Source: a virus
Strand: one strand, 5' to 3'
DNA length: 64,000 bases
Virus record (IMG/VR): IMGVR_UViG_3300037628_000643
Location: 40,022 to 104,021 of that record
Under the pieces are notes generated by a model. The model was given only the letters and a program-made list of their open reading frames with translations. It searched no databases and was not told where the DNA came from. The translations under genes and the position numbers were made by a program. Shown here in pieces: positions 19,307-29,323 of the stretch; positions within the stretch are counted from its first letter, which is position 1, and every line of letters begins with the position of its first letter.

Positions 19307-20935
19307 TCAATACTCTCTTGTCAACACCTTATGCCCCATGTAATTCCCTCCGCTCGTTATCTTTACTCCAGTGTAATCAACCGTCAAAGATGTAGCTTTC
19401 TTATACCCATGAGCTTTAAGTTCTGCTATCGCTGTCAATAACGACTTAGGGCAATGATCAATAAGATCATCCGATGATACTTCAGCCCACCATCTGCACG
19501 CATCTGATCTTCTATGAGGATTTCCTTCAAAATGAAAGTACTCATGAATCTTCTCTATGCCACAATGATAAGTGACACGTAGAGAGTTCTTTTTGCTCAC
19601 TCTTGAATGGTGATTATCAACGGTGACGTTGAGCACCTTGATATCTTTTATCGGTGATGCGCCTTCAATAATATCATCTGTTGATGCTTCAACACCGTGA
19701 TTTGGCGCTATATCTCCTCCGAATTTAGTAAAGCAAAACGGACACTCGGATGCGAGGTATTTTACTAGCTTGTCACAACATCCACACTTCTTAAATGGCG
19801 TTCTCTTTGCTTGCTTTTGAGCCTCTTTTGTTGGAGGTGGGCCCAATTTTGTAATATCTCTGAACCTAGAAATATTTTCTCCATAATCAAGCACCATGGC
19901 GTTTATTTTTGAAAAATGAGTACGAAGAAGTCTTCCAATTATCTGAAGCCATAAAGCCGATGACTGAGTTGCGCGAAGCACAATCCCACAGTCAATTGAC
20001 TTCACATCGAAGCCAGTTGTTAAAGTATTAATACTTATCAACCATCTTAATGAAAAATCTTCGAAGCGCTCTATAAATCCAGTTCTATCATCTAGCTCCG
20101 TATCACCTGTAATTACTTCTGAAATCTCACCCCTCTCAGCAAGAGCTGCCTTAATCTTGTATGCATGCTCAACTCCACAAGCAAAAACAAGAATGCTTTT
20201 TCGGTCAGAAGCATACTTCATTGCATCATCAAGTGCAGCTTCAATGAGGTAATCATCGTCCATTACCTGCTGCATTGCTTCGTCATTAAACTCTCCATTA
20301 GCGTTCAGCTTTATAGATGACGTATTTGCAGATAAACTAACCTCTGGAGTAATTAATGGACAAAGGAAGCCTTCATCAAATAAAGTTGTCATTGATATTT
20401 CGTAAACAATATCATCAACAAGCCAACTCCCTTCCAATGTTCCGCTTTCCATCTTCCAAGGACTAGCGCTTAAAGTTACAATTCGAACATGAGGATTTTT
20501 TTTCTTTAAATTCTCGAAAAATATGTAATACATCGAATCTTTTTTTAAGGAAACCCTATGGGCCTCATCAACATAAACCACTGATACATTTTCGAATAAA
20601 CTTGCTTTCCTGTATACCGATTGTATGCCAGCGAAGACAATATCTCCTGTGTGGTCTTTTGATTTATATGACGCAGAAAATACTGTAGTCTTAGCGCTTG
20701 GCCACTGTTCTAGCATAGCTAAATTGTTTTGTAAAATTAATTTGGTAATATCTGTCAAGACAATCTGCTGAAATCCAGAAGATATGTCATGTATCCTTTT
20801 TGCAAGCTCAGCTATAATTAAGCTCTTGCCACTTCCTGTCGGAGCTTTAATTAACGGGTTTTTATCCGTGGAAAATAGATAGTCAATCGTAGCGTCAACT
20901 GCTTCTTGTTGATAATAATGTGGCTTGTATGCCAT
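19307..20935 (-). CDS. SF2 DNA helicase (RadD/YejH-like) with Zn finger
   Basis: APTGSGKS, DEAH, SASP, TTGFD, QIIGRLLR, C-terminal Cys cluster. Confidence 0.92.
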   Translation of the reverse strand: MAYKPHYYQQEAVDATIDYLFSTDKNPLIKAPTGSGKSLIIAELAKRIHDISSGFQQIVLTDITKLILQNNLAMLEQWPSAKTTVFSASYKSKDHTGDIVFAGIQSVYRKASLFENVSVVYVDEAHRVSLKKDSMYYIFFENLKKKNPHVRIVTLSASPWKMESGTLEGSWLVDDIVYEISMTTLFDEGFLCPLITPEVSLSANTSSIKLNANGEFNDEAMQQVMDDDYLIEAALDDAMKYASDRKSILVFACGVEHAYKIKAALAERGEISEVITGDTELDDRTGFIERFEDFSLRWLISINTLTTGFDVKSIDCGIVLRATQSSALWLQIIGRLLRTHFSKINAMVLDYGENISRFRDITKLGPPPTKEAQKQAKRTPFKKCGCCDKLVKYLASECPFCFTKFGGDIAPNHGVEASTDDIIEGASPIKDIKVLNVTVDNHHSRVSKKNSLRVTYHCGIEKIHEYFHFEGNPHRRSDACRWWAEVSSDDLIDHCPKSLLTAIAELKAHGYKKATSLTVDYTGVKITSGGNYMGHKVLTREY

Positions 20936-21258
20936 TATTCCTCCATTCCCTCAAGCTTATCGCCAATAACTTCAGCTAAACTACCTCCGCCATTATAGTG
21001 ATATGTGAAAAAAGAAATAGACCCATCATTATTTTTATCTACAATAGCAAAGCCGAACTCGTCTCCGTTAAATTCCTCTATTTCAATTGTGTATGCGATA
21101 CCGTTGATGACTTCGATATTATCAATCTCATCTCTCGCCCAACTAGTGTATGTCTTATGCCATGAAGGTAGTCTTGATCCCTCGAACTTCTTTTCGAAAT
21201 ATTCTTCCGCATCTTTGATAGGTATTAACGTGCCTTTATTTAATTCCATGTCGCTCAT
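20935..21258 (-). CDS. Hypothetical protein
   Basis: ORF in operon; YNGGGSLAEV C-terminus. Confidence 0.6.
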   Translation of the reverse strand: MSDMELNKGTLIPIKDAEEYFEKKFEGSRLPSWHKTYTSWARDEIDNIEVINGIAYTIEIEEFNGDEFGFAIVDKNNDGSISFFTYHYNGGGSLAEVIGDKLEGMEE

Positions 21259-21272
21259 ATATTTTTCCTAAT

Positions 21273-21725
21273 TCACTTCGACAAATAATGAAGATTTGTA
21301 AATGTGTGGAATAACCCATTACTCTTTCCTTCCCACTCTATGACAATGTCTCCGCATGATGTATATATCTCATATACTGTATTATTAATCTGACGAACTT
21401 TTTTATGTGATCCAAATTGCTCACAGCTTGATTTATTGCTGTCCCAATAAAAATATTCGTCATCGTCATCGTCATCGCTCCAATCGGCATCTCCTTCAAG
21501 GTGTTTAAAGTTAATACCAGTTATGATATTTCCATCTTCAAATACCTCACTACAGTTAAAATCTTTTACTAGAGATGTTTCGCAACAATGCTGATGATGA
21601 AAAATAATATACTCCGAACCATTCTTCATAAAAATAGCTACTCTGTCTGATCCTATGAACAGCCCATCTATTCTTTCTATCTCTGCACCGAGGATACAGG
21701 TTAAATTGACTCTTTCTTCGCTCAT
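21273..21725 (-). CDS. Hypothetical protein
   Basis: H.Q.CCE motif; in operon. Confidence 0.6.
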   Translation of the reverse strand: MSEERVNLTCILGAEIERIDGLFIGSDRVAIFMKNGSEYIIFHHQHCCETSLVKDFNCSEVFEDGNIITGINFKHLEGDADWSDDDDDDEYFYWDSNKSSCEQFGSHKKVRQINNTVYEIYTSCGDIVIEWEGKSNGLFHTFTNLHYLSK

Positions 21726-22745
21726 TTATTTCTCCTGTTGATTATTCTTGAGTATAAATTCTTTTCTAAAGTCACGAGAATCACAATTAGTAATTTCTTC
21801 TCCATTATCCTTTCTATACAATACACTACCATCTTCATTCTGGCAAATCAAGTCATAACCTACGATTAAGCTGGGATGATATTTATGACAAGGTTTGAAT
21901 CCTTGCATGTCATATGGTTTAATTTCTTTTTTGCTCAAAAAACAATGACCCATTCCTGTTTCAAGAAAAGTTATATAACTACAATTAAAACAATCAGGCT
22001 CAGATATATCTTTACCAGTACAGAACTTGTATGCTTCACAGCTTTGATAGGATTCACTTCCCCAAATGCAAAGCGGCTTCGAAACGGCGAGTGCCCAAGA
22101 TGCTTCTGGCATTTTGTCTGTAGCGATAATGTTTTTTGCTTTTTCTTGGAGTTCCTTGAATTTAACCTCATCGAACAGTGTTTCAACGACAATGGTTCTA
22201 TAGTCACCTTTAGAGTTTTTCCTTTCGCGCCCTCCATGAGCTGAAGCGAATAGTATATGCTTATGAATGCCACTATAGCCCATGTAGAACTGTGATTGAT
22301 TGTAATATAAAGGAGACCACTTCTCAAGTGCTGAATGCTCGTCTTTCGCAATTAACTTTTCAAGCTTGTCTCTTTTTTGCTTGTCTGTTGATTTCATTTC
22401 CCAGACGTACTTTTCACCATCCCACACAAACTCGCCGTCTGAGTGTCCGCGAGTGAAACCATCAATAAACGTAAACTGATTACCGTCCTCATCTACTGGC
22501 TTGAAATCAAAACCAGCCGCCAAAAATCTGTCACCTATGGTTTTTTCTGTTTTATGGCCGTCAAAAAAATGACTAGCTGACTGATAGTTAATAAATGGCG
22601 TATATGCGTGCCTAAAGGATAGCCACTGTTTGCGATCACATCCCCCGAAAGATGACATACCTAAATAAGTTCTTTGGGTATTATCCTTATTAGCTTCCTC
22701 TTCCATAGATTTAAATAATCTATCTAATATTTTTTGATGCTTCAT
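21726..22745 (-). CDS. Cas4-like PD-(D/E)XK exonuclease
   Basis: GHSDG, WEMKS, Q.QFYM; one N-terminal Cys plus C-terminal Cys cluster (putative Fe-S). Confidence 0.85.
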   Translation of the reverse strand: MKHQKILDRLFKSMEEEANKDNTQRTYLGMSSFGGCDRKQWLSFRHAYTPFINYQSASHFFDGHKTEKTIGDRFLAAGFDFKPVDEDGNQFTFIDGFTRGHSDGEFVWDGEKYVWEMKSTDKQKRDKLEKLIAKDEHSALEKWSPLYYNQSQFYMGYSGIHKHILFASAHGGRERKNSKGDYRTIVVETLFDEVKFKELQEKAKNIIATDKMPEASWALAVSKPLCIWGSESYQSCEAYKFCTGKDISEPDCFNCSYITFLETGMGHCFLSKKEIKPYDMQGFKPCHKYHPSLIVGYDLICQNEDGSVLYRKDNGEEITNCDSRDFRKEFILKNNQQEK

Positions 22746-22755
22746 TTGTTTTTTC

Positions 22756-23052
22756 CTAAGATTTTGAAAGCCTACCCATTAAAGCTTCAGATATATTTAC
22801 AAGTATTCTTCCTTTTGCATGAATAACCTTTACTCTTTGAGTCGTTTCAATTAAGCCCATTCTAAATGCAAGAATACCAAAAAGCTCATCAGCGAAACCT
22901 GAGGACATACTCATTACGTTAGAAAAGTCTAACCCAACAGTGCTTAAATCAGATATCTGCAAATCCACCTGATCTCTGTATTTTATGGCTAGAACTCTTG
23001 TGCATGGGTCTGTTTCTGTGATAACAATTATGTTGTGAATTGTAGGATTCAT
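22756..23052 (-). CDS. STAS-like (DUF4325-type) protein
   Basis: LDFSNV..MSSGFADELFG.L motif; start moved to ATG 23052. Confidence 0.7.
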   Translation of the reverse strand: MNPTIHNIIVITETDPCTRVLAIKYRDQVDLQISDLSTVGLDFSNVMSMSSGFADELFGILAFRMGLIETTQRVKVIHAKGRILVNISEALMGRLSKS

Positions 23053-23486
23053 ACAGTTTCTCCATTTAGTCCTTCTCCGTTTTTGGAGTGCCACTCTATA
23101 TGGTGTTTGCTACATAACCATCGCACAGAAAGTGGATCTGAATAGTCATCATGGTGGGCATTAGTTCTATGGGTATTTCCGCAAATTTCACATGGTTTTT
23201 TCTCTAACTTACCGTCTCTCACTGCATTACCCACTATTATTTGAGCATTTCTTTTTAATGGATTATTTTTAATCCATTTTTGCTTGCACTTAGCGCCAGA
23301 CGCCTTTCCTTCTTTTGTCTTGCTGTATTCCTTCCTAGCAACAACCCTTTTCGGATTCATTGCCCTTGACTTGTCATATGTACTCTGGCACTCTTTGCAT
23401 TTTGGAGAAAGACCATCTGGACTAGCTGATCTCTTGCCAAACATTAATGATTCTTTTTCTTTGTTGCATGTCCTGCATAACTTCAT
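23049..23486 (-). CDS. HNH homing endonuclease
   Basis: N-terminal CxxC...CKEC; PCEICG...AHHDDYSDPLSVRWLC..HH. Confidence 0.85.
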   Translation of the reverse strand: MKLCRTCNKEKESLMFGKRSASPDGLSPKCKECQSTYDKSRAMNPKRVVARKEYSKTKEGKASGAKCKQKWIKNNPLKRNAQIIVGNAVRDGKLEKKPCEICGNTHRTNAHHDDYSDPLSVRWLCSKHHIEWHSKNGEGLNGETV

Positions 23487-23498
23487 ATATTCTCCTAG

Positions 23499-23525
23499 AA
23501 AAAAAGGCCTCACTTAGAGGCCTTT
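23499..23525 (-). terminator. Intrinsic terminator after the SSB gene
   Basis: Minus strand AAAGGCCTC-taagt-GAGGCC followed by T7. Confidence 0.8.
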
Positions 23526-23586
23526 ATATTACCCATCAGAAGGGAATTTCGTCCGAATCGAAATCATCAAAATCGTTACCAGTTAG

Positions 23587-24084
23587 CTAACTTTTATTTT
23601 GAAACGGATTAGCGCCCTGTTGAGCAGGAGAATTCCCCACCGCACCTTGAGCAGGAGCTGCAGTACCACCAATCGCCTTGGGGTTTTTAACCTCGTTTTT
23701 GTCTTCGTAGCCTTGACTCTTAACTACCTTGACCGTACCGGAGATCATTTTGCTAAGCAGATTTTTTGGGTCTAGCATCGCTTTTGGATCTGTTACGCCA
23801 CATGCGTTGCATAGACGTCCATATTCTGAGCGAGCAACCTTATTCTCTGTTCCGTCTTTTTTGACAAGGTAGTAGTTCATCCAGATCTTGCGACCATTGT
23901 ATTTTTCGCCTACAACGTCGAGTACAACCTCAACATAAATAGAACTTTCATTTCCCTGCTTCGACTCAGAGCTTGCAACAAGAAAGGTATTCTCATGCGC
24001 TTCCATCGCACCAAAATCACCGCCTTCCTGCATTTCTTGATCAATATTATCAAAGTTTGCGAAATCACCTAAATTAACTGTCAT
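23587..24084 (-). CDS. Single-stranded DNA-binding protein (DUF669-like); possible readthrough extension to 23536
   Basis: GEKYNGRKIW and LCNACG motifs, Ala/Gln linker; follows the Sak4-like gene. Confidence 0.8.
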   Translation of the reverse strand: MTVNLGDFANFDNIDQEMQEGGDFGAMEAHENTFLVASSESKQGNESSIYVEVVLDVVGEKYNGRKIWMNYYLVKKDGTENKVARSEYGRLCNACGVTDPKAMLDPKNLLSKMISGTVKVVKSQGYEDKNEVKNPKAIGGTAAPAQGAVGNSPAQQGANPFQNKS

Positions 24085-24131
24085 ATTTTATCTTCCTATT
24101 GCTTATTAAAAAATTATTTTGTTCTTTTTCT

Positions 24132-24917
24132 TTACCATGCTGCCAAAAGCGCATTAAGATCAAGAGGCATCTCATCAGGCAGACCTTTTTGCGATCTGTT
24201 CTTCGCAAGGAAAGATGGTCGCTCTGTCGTATGAATGACTCGCTCACCTGTTCCAACTGCTTTTGCAATACCGTCTTTATCCATTCCTCCTTTTACTTTT
24301 CGGATAAACTTCTTGTACTTAGCAAAAAGTAATGCATCGCAATTCTTTTGCAAAAATCCAACAGCATCTTTATGAAGCTCTGGAATATAGCGATCATAAG
24401 GCTCGTTCTCTGGATCATTAACAGTTTTTACCTGTGAATGACCAATAAGCCAAACATTGATTTTAAGTTCTGATCGGATAAACTCAATTAACTCGAAAAA
24501 CTCTCCCCAAACTTTCAGAGATCGCTTATAACCTCCTCCATAGCCAAAGTCTTCGATATTATCTTTTGCCACACCTTTTTCATCGCCTTTCTTACACACA
24601 ACGTCATGAATCAGTGGCTCTAATGCGCTAACACTATCGATGACCAAGTTCTCAATGCCAGATGCAGCACCTTGATTATAAATCATGGTCAAAACACCGA
24701 CTACCTCGTCATAGGTCTTAAGCTTAACTCGACCATCTTCAAAGACGTATTGCTGTGCAGTCTCAAGCTCTGCAGTACCATCTTCTACCGGAATAAAGAA
24801 CGTGTTCGGCAGGTTTGCGCAAGATGTTGTTTTTCCAATTCCTGGGACACCATAAAGAAAAATAATCTTCTTATGATCTCTTTTACCAATGGCTACATTA
24901 CCAAAATCAAAACTCAT
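24132..24917 (-). CDS. Sak4-like (AAA_24) ssDNA-annealing ATPase
   Basis: LYGVPGIGKTT, VIDSVS, GYGGGY, LIGH, AKNR. Confidence 0.88.
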   Translation of the reverse strand: MSFDFGNVAIGKRDHKKIIFLYGVPGIGKTTSCANLPNTFFIPVEDGTAELETAQQYVFEDGRVKLKTYDEVVGVLTMIYNQGAASGIENLVIDSVSALEPLIHDVVCKKGDEKGVAKDNIEDFGYGGGYKRSLKVWGEFFELIEFIRSELKINVWLIGHSQVKTVNDPENEPYDRYIPELHKDAVGFLQKNCDALLFAKYKKFIRKVKGGMDKDGIAKAVGTGERVIHTTERPSFLAKNRSQKGLPDEMPLDLNALLAAW

Positions 24918-24956
24918 AAATCTTACTCTCTCTTTTATTGAACGTGGGATTATACA

Positions 24957-25151
24957 CTACTTTTCTCCTGTTAATTTATCGTACTCTTCTTTTGTGATCA
25001 TAATGAAACTTGTTCCACTAATTAACTCAAAAACTTCATCTGCATCATCGTCGTACTCTTCTAAAAAATCATCCATCTCACTCCAATCCCATTCGAATTG
25101 TTGACTTTGATGATTACAGAAATCTTCAATGATTTCTTTTTTATCGATCAT
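24957..25151 (-). CDS. Small acidic hypothetical protein
   Basis: ORF with RBS in operon. Confidence 0.55.
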   Translation of the reverse strand: MIDKKEIIEDFCNHQSQQFEWDWSEMDDFLEEYDDDADEVFELISGTSFIMITKEEYDKLTGEK

Positions 25152-25429
25152 TTAACTACTCCTAGATTATATTGTTTATTGTAAATATCTACAGGATTTT
25201 CACCTGAGATATTTATTCCTAGCAACTCACTAACCTTATCTATAAACTCTTGATCATCTGACTTAACCACAAAATCAGAAGAATCTATCTCAATCTCAAA
25301 CTGAGACTCCTCACCGATATAGATACTTTTTCCATAGAGTGCTTCTATGTCTTTTTCTTCAGCTATAAACATACCTTCAAAGTCTACGTAATCTCCTTCT
25401 TCATGGTAAAACTCATATAGCTTTTTCAT
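25148..25429 (-). CDS. Hypothetical protein
   Basis: ORF with ATGA coupling to neighbours. Confidence 0.6.
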   Translation of the reverse strand: MKKLYEFYHEEGDYVDFEGMFIAEEKDIEALYGKSIYIGEESQFEIEIDSSDFVVKSDDQEFIDKVSELLGINISGENPVDIYNKQYNLGVVK

Positions 25430-27750
25430 TCTTCATCCTCCACATATTTACTCGCAAAATACCTGTAAGCCTTTCTCCCTCTACCTTCTCCTTCTGGCTT
25501 CATTCTCACCTGACAACTTTCATTTATCAGATAATGAATCATTTCAGACCTGTCTTTACTGTTCACTGATTTGAATGGCGATCTCATCATCAAGTCTTTA
25601 TTTAGGACACCTTTTTCCTCATACCTCTCGATTGCCTCATAAGCTTCTTTGTATCTCTTGTCCGTACTGTTCTCTACCATTTCAAACTGAATGTACTCTA
25701 TTAATTGCTCAAAACAAAAATCTACCAACATCACTGCAAATCTAACACTATGCTCTGTTATTTCTGTCGCATAAGGATCTCTTGATAATTCCATAATCAA
25801 GGATATTCTCATTGCTTTTTCGCGGTTACGAACAATCATTAGCTCCAAGCCATCTTTTCTTAATTCTTTTTTACGCTTAAGAATATTATCCTCATACTGA
25901 TCGAGAAGTTCATACGATTCTTCGTTAAACGGAATTTCAATCGGATTCAATGGTCTAGAGTACACGTTCCTACCTTGGCCTCCTCCACTCTTGTTATGAT
26001 GTAAAACTCTTCTTTCAATAGTCTCTATCCACGATAAAACCTCTTGAGGCACTGGGCTTGACAGCCTGTTCTTGCTCATCTTTTGATCACCCTCTTGGGC
26101 AAACATGATAATGAATCGATTAAGGAATCCATCGCTAATCATCATCCTAGTCATTGCTTCAGAAAGTTTTTGTGGTGTTGTAGCTCCCTTTAATGTCACT
26201 GATGGTTTTAATATCGTTATTGAATTTTCACCAATATCTTCTGCCTTACCCTTAAGAATTTCACTTAGATTTGTAAATGAGTCAGAAGAATACGTAGAAT
26301 CCTGCTTGCTAAATAACTCCATCCAAGACTTTACTTCTGACAGCTTATTTTCACTGGCATTCTTTGATCCAACAATTTGCATCCAGTGTGCCATTTCATC
26401 CTTATAGAACAATGCTCTTGGGTTGCTATAGAGCTCAGTAACAATCGCACTCTTGCCTGTAACCTCGCCTTTAATTAGCTGTGCTTGATTGGCAGAATAC
26501 ATAATTTTCGAGATCACCTTAAATGGGTGTTCTTTTCCTGTCCCTGTCTCGGCTACAGACATCACATATAGTGATGTGTAATTGTCAAAATCACTCACAA
26601 AATCACGACCAAGTATTGTAGAACATAGCGCAAGAGCTCCATTAATTGATGGCATATACAGTGGATATTTCGCTGTATTTAGAGTATATTTCACAATTTG
26701 ACCCATAACTCCAGAGATGTTTTGCAGGTCAATAGGAGTGTCATTTAATTCTAATGTAGAATCATCTTCTTTCTTTATAACAAACTTATCATGTTTACTT
26801 TCCTCAAATCTTCTTACAAATTCTGACAAATCAATATCTGCACCATAATCTTGTTCCCAACCATTGTCAAACGCAAATTTGAAAATAGTTCCTGCAGTGA
26901 ATGGTTTCGGAATATTTGATGTGCTTGAGAATGAATCCCATTTCATTGACATTTGTGCATAATCATGTTTTGAAGATTTTCCACTCCACTCATCCCATAG
27001 GGCAAATCCATTATCTGACGAGCCAGTTTCAAATGATAATGCCATACCGATACTTAGCCAAAAATCATAATCAACTGTTTCGTCATTTGGAATTGACATT
27101 AAAGCGCTCTTGAGTTCGTCTATATCGGATGATCCTGCTTCATACGATGACTCCTGTACCACTTCGGTTTTTTCAACATAAGCTATAAGTCGCTCTGGAG
27201 CTTCGCCTATTCTATCTATTGAAGATTTTTTAGCAGCAGTTATCTCATATTCAAATCCACTTTTATGCATTGATCCGCATCCGACAACAAAACTTCCTTT
27301 TGACAGAAAATCAATGCCTTTTAGCTCTCTTATGTTCTTTGAGATTTTTACGTCAGATGGCTTCTTGAAATAGAAATGCTTTCCACCACTACCTGTAGTC
27401 ACAATGAATTCACACTCACTCTCAATGTCAAAACCAACGGCTGCGTTTAAATCTTCTATTGCATTCTCATTATTTCTTGGGTCAAAATCAACAACAAAAT
27501 CTGTATCAGATAGCACAATACCATATGACTGAGCAAAGACTTTATTGTCTATCAGTGCTTGTATTTCATTTGCTGGCTGAACTGGTTTTTTTGTCCAACC
27601 TGATATTTTAGGATGCTTATATTGATTTTGACATTCTGGATGTCCACAAGAACATTCGCCATCACTCACAGATCGGATAGGCATAATGTTAAAGTTTTCT
27701 TCTGCAAAATCTAATATCCATTCGTACATTGTATCTGGATTAAATAACAC
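25426..27750 (-). CDS. Bifunctional primase-polymerase with PriCT-2 and DUF3987-type helicase domain
   Basis: VVDFDPRN, TGSGGKHFYF, WLSIGMAL...WDEWS, AETGTGKE, DGFLNRF. Confidence 0.88.
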   Translation of the reverse strand: MLFNPDTMYEWILDFAEENFNIMPIRSVSDGECSCGHPECQNQYKHPKISGWTKKPVQPANEIQALIDNKVFAQSYGIVLSDTDFVVDFDPRNNENAIEDLNAAVGFDIESECEFIVTTGSGGKHFYFKKPSDVKISKNIRELKGIDFLSKGSFVVGCGSMHKSGFEYEITAAKKSSIDRIGEAPERLIAYVEKTEVVQESSYEAGSSDIDELKSALMSIPNDETVDYDFWLSIGMALSFETGSSDNGFALWDEWSGKSSKHDYAQMSMKWDSFSSTSNIPKPFTAGTIFKFAFDNGWEQDYGADIDLSEFVRRFEESKHDKFVIKKEDDSTLELNDTPIDLQNISGVMGQIVKYTLNTAKYPLYMPSINGALALCSTILGRDFVSDFDNYTSLYVMSVAETGTGKEHPFKVISKIMYSANQAQLIKGEVTGKSAIVTELYSNPRALFYKDEMAHWMQIVGSKNASENKLSEVKSWMELFSKQDSTYSSDSFTNLSEILKGKAEDIGENSITILKPSVTLKGATTPQKLSEAMTRMMISDGFLNRFIIMFAQEGDQKMSKNRLSSPVPQEVLSWIETIERRVLHHNKSGGGQGRNVYSRPLNPIEIPFNEESYELLDQYEDNILKRKKELRKDGLELMIVRNREKAMRISLIMELSRDPYATEITEHSVRFAVMLVDFCFEQLIEYIQFEMVENSTDKRYKEAYEAIERYEEKGVLNKDLMMRSPFKSVNSKDRSEMIHYLINESCQVRMKPEGEGRGRKAYRYFASKYVEDEE

Positions 27751-28292
27751 TAAATTACCTCTATAATTTCATTGAGTTTCAATCGATCTTCATTAAGATA
27801 AAGATTGAATACTGGAATATCGCTACGCTCAGCTATTGCAATCGCAGTCGATGTTCCTCCTCTTGAATACGGATTATCATTAACCTCTGACCAGCAAATA
27901 ACGCACATTGACGGACTACATAAATCTTTCCCTAACACCTGAAATACATTTCTTGTATGCAATATTTTTGCAGGAGTGTCGATGACATCCCAAAACGGAT
28001 GCACACTTTTAGTTATAGCAATTGCCTTTCTGATATCCAATCCGTCATTAGGAATAATATTATGCAGGCTTCTTTCGTACCCGTTATATGTATTCCATGG
28101 GATAAATATCTCTCTAAAATCATTTTCTGAATCCATGCATCCAGCTTCAAATGCTGAATCTGATCCTACCGCTCCACCTGATCGAAGAATGAAATTTTTG
28201 TCAGCCATTATTTTTCCAATGACTTGCATTTCTTCTAGGATGTTATTTGGAGCTGCTCTTGAGCCTACTCCTGTGTAGTAGTTAGTCATCAA
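27750..28292 (-). CDS. DprA/SLOG-like protein
   Basis: YTGVGSR, LRSGGA.GSD.AFE.G, GGT..AI.IA, IPVFNL. Confidence 0.75.
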   Translation of the reverse strand: MMTNYYTGVGSRAAPNNILEEMQVIGKIMADKNFILRSGGAVGSDSAFEAGCMDSENDFREIFIPWNTYNGYERSLHNIIPNDGLDIRKAIAITKSVHPFWDVIDTPAKILHTRNVFQVLGKDLCSPSMCVICWSEVNDNPYSRGGTSTAIAIAERSDIPVFNLYLNEDRLKLNEIIEVI

Positions 28293-28525
28293 GATATCTC
28301 AATAAGTTTGGTTCCATGTTTTTTGTATTCAGACGAATCTTCGTCGTCCAAATCTTCCAGTGTATGTACTTCAATCATACGTTCATCCGGTTCTAAAGTA
28401 TACACAACAGTTGCATGGTCAGCATACATTGATTCCTGACCATGATCCGCCCAAACTAAAATATCAGAGTCACCTTCTTTGTTCACGATGTTTTGTAGCC
28501 TCTCAATCAATTCGCTTGCTTTCAT
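28289..28525 (-). CDS. Hypothetical protein
   Basis: MKASELIERLQ phage-type N-terminus; AGGAG RBS. Confidence 0.6.
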   Translation of the reverse strand: MKASELIERLQNIVNKEGDSDILVWADHGQESMYADHATVVYTLEPDERMIEVHTLEDLDDEDSSEYKKHGTKLIEIS

Positions 28526-28552
28526 TTTTTTCTCCTTTAAGTTCTTTTATAA

Positions 28553-29038
28553 TTAATTGGCAGCTATTGTTTCCAAAAAATACATCCTATCTTCTATGAA
28601 TTCACCAGAGCTAAGTATGCATTTAGCATTAACATTTAGATTTAGATCTAAATAAGTCCAGTTATCCCAATTGTTTATCATCGCCCTAATAAAGCTTTCT
28701 GTATTCCCGCGAACATAGCATCGACCAATCCACTCATCTCTCAGTGATCTATCAGGAATAACTATTGACCAACATAAACCAGACTCACTAAGAGCATTTT
28801 GTACATCAAAATGACTGCTAACAAAAATAATATCTACAGCTCCGATTAAGCTTTTAATATGCTCAATATAGTTAGCGGGAAATCTTGGGTTTCTTACACT
28901 TGTTTGTTGCCCATTACTGTCATATAGCCAACTAAAGCTACTCGAATCGCTATCGCTAATAACCAGACCTTCATATCCTTTGCCTGATAGATATGTTTTG
29001 CCTGTTGCTGGGAATGCGCTAACTATTCTGGTTTTCAT
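28553..29038 (-). CDS. P-loop kinase-like protein
   Basis: IVSAFPATGKT, DSDSSSF, FPANYI. Confidence 0.7.
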   Translation of the reverse strand: MKTRIVSAFPATGKTYLSGKGYEGLVISDSDSSSFSWLYDSNGQQTSVRNPRFPANYIEHIKSLIGAVDIIFVSSHFDVQNALSESGLCWSIVIPDRSLRDEWIGRCYVRGNTESFIRAMINNWDNWTYLDLNLNVNAKCILSSGEFIEDRMYFLETIAAN

Positions 29039-29104
29039 TTCCTTCTCCTAATCTTTCATTGGTTGCCATAATACACACTTGTTTTCATGTGTCAAACGCA
29101 AATG

Positions 29105-29287
29105 CTAATTAATTTTAGTTTTTTCCAGCGACCCACAAAAAAGGCACTCACCTTCGGAATCATCATATGTCTGACACTCATCGCATACATATAACTCTTC
29201 TTCATAAGAATCATCTGGCTTATTCTTTTTTGTGTGAAACCCGCCTTGGTTTATCCCTGCGAATTTTGCAACTGGATTATTCTTCAT
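29105..29287 (-). CDS. Small Zn-ribbon protein
   Basis: CDEC...CLFCG; GAGG RBS. Confidence 0.5.
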   Translation of the reverse strand: MKNNPVAKFAGINQGGFHTKKNKPDDSYEEELYVCDECQTYDDSEGECLFCGSLEKTKIN

Positions 29288-29323
29288 TTAAATTTTCCTC
29301 AATTAATCTCTTGTAGGCCACGT

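Noticed and set aside
21726-22745. CRISPR-Cas system suggested by the Cas4-like gene
   Set aside because: No repeat-spacer array or other cas genes; Cas4-like nucleases are routine in Sak4-SSB-helicase modules.
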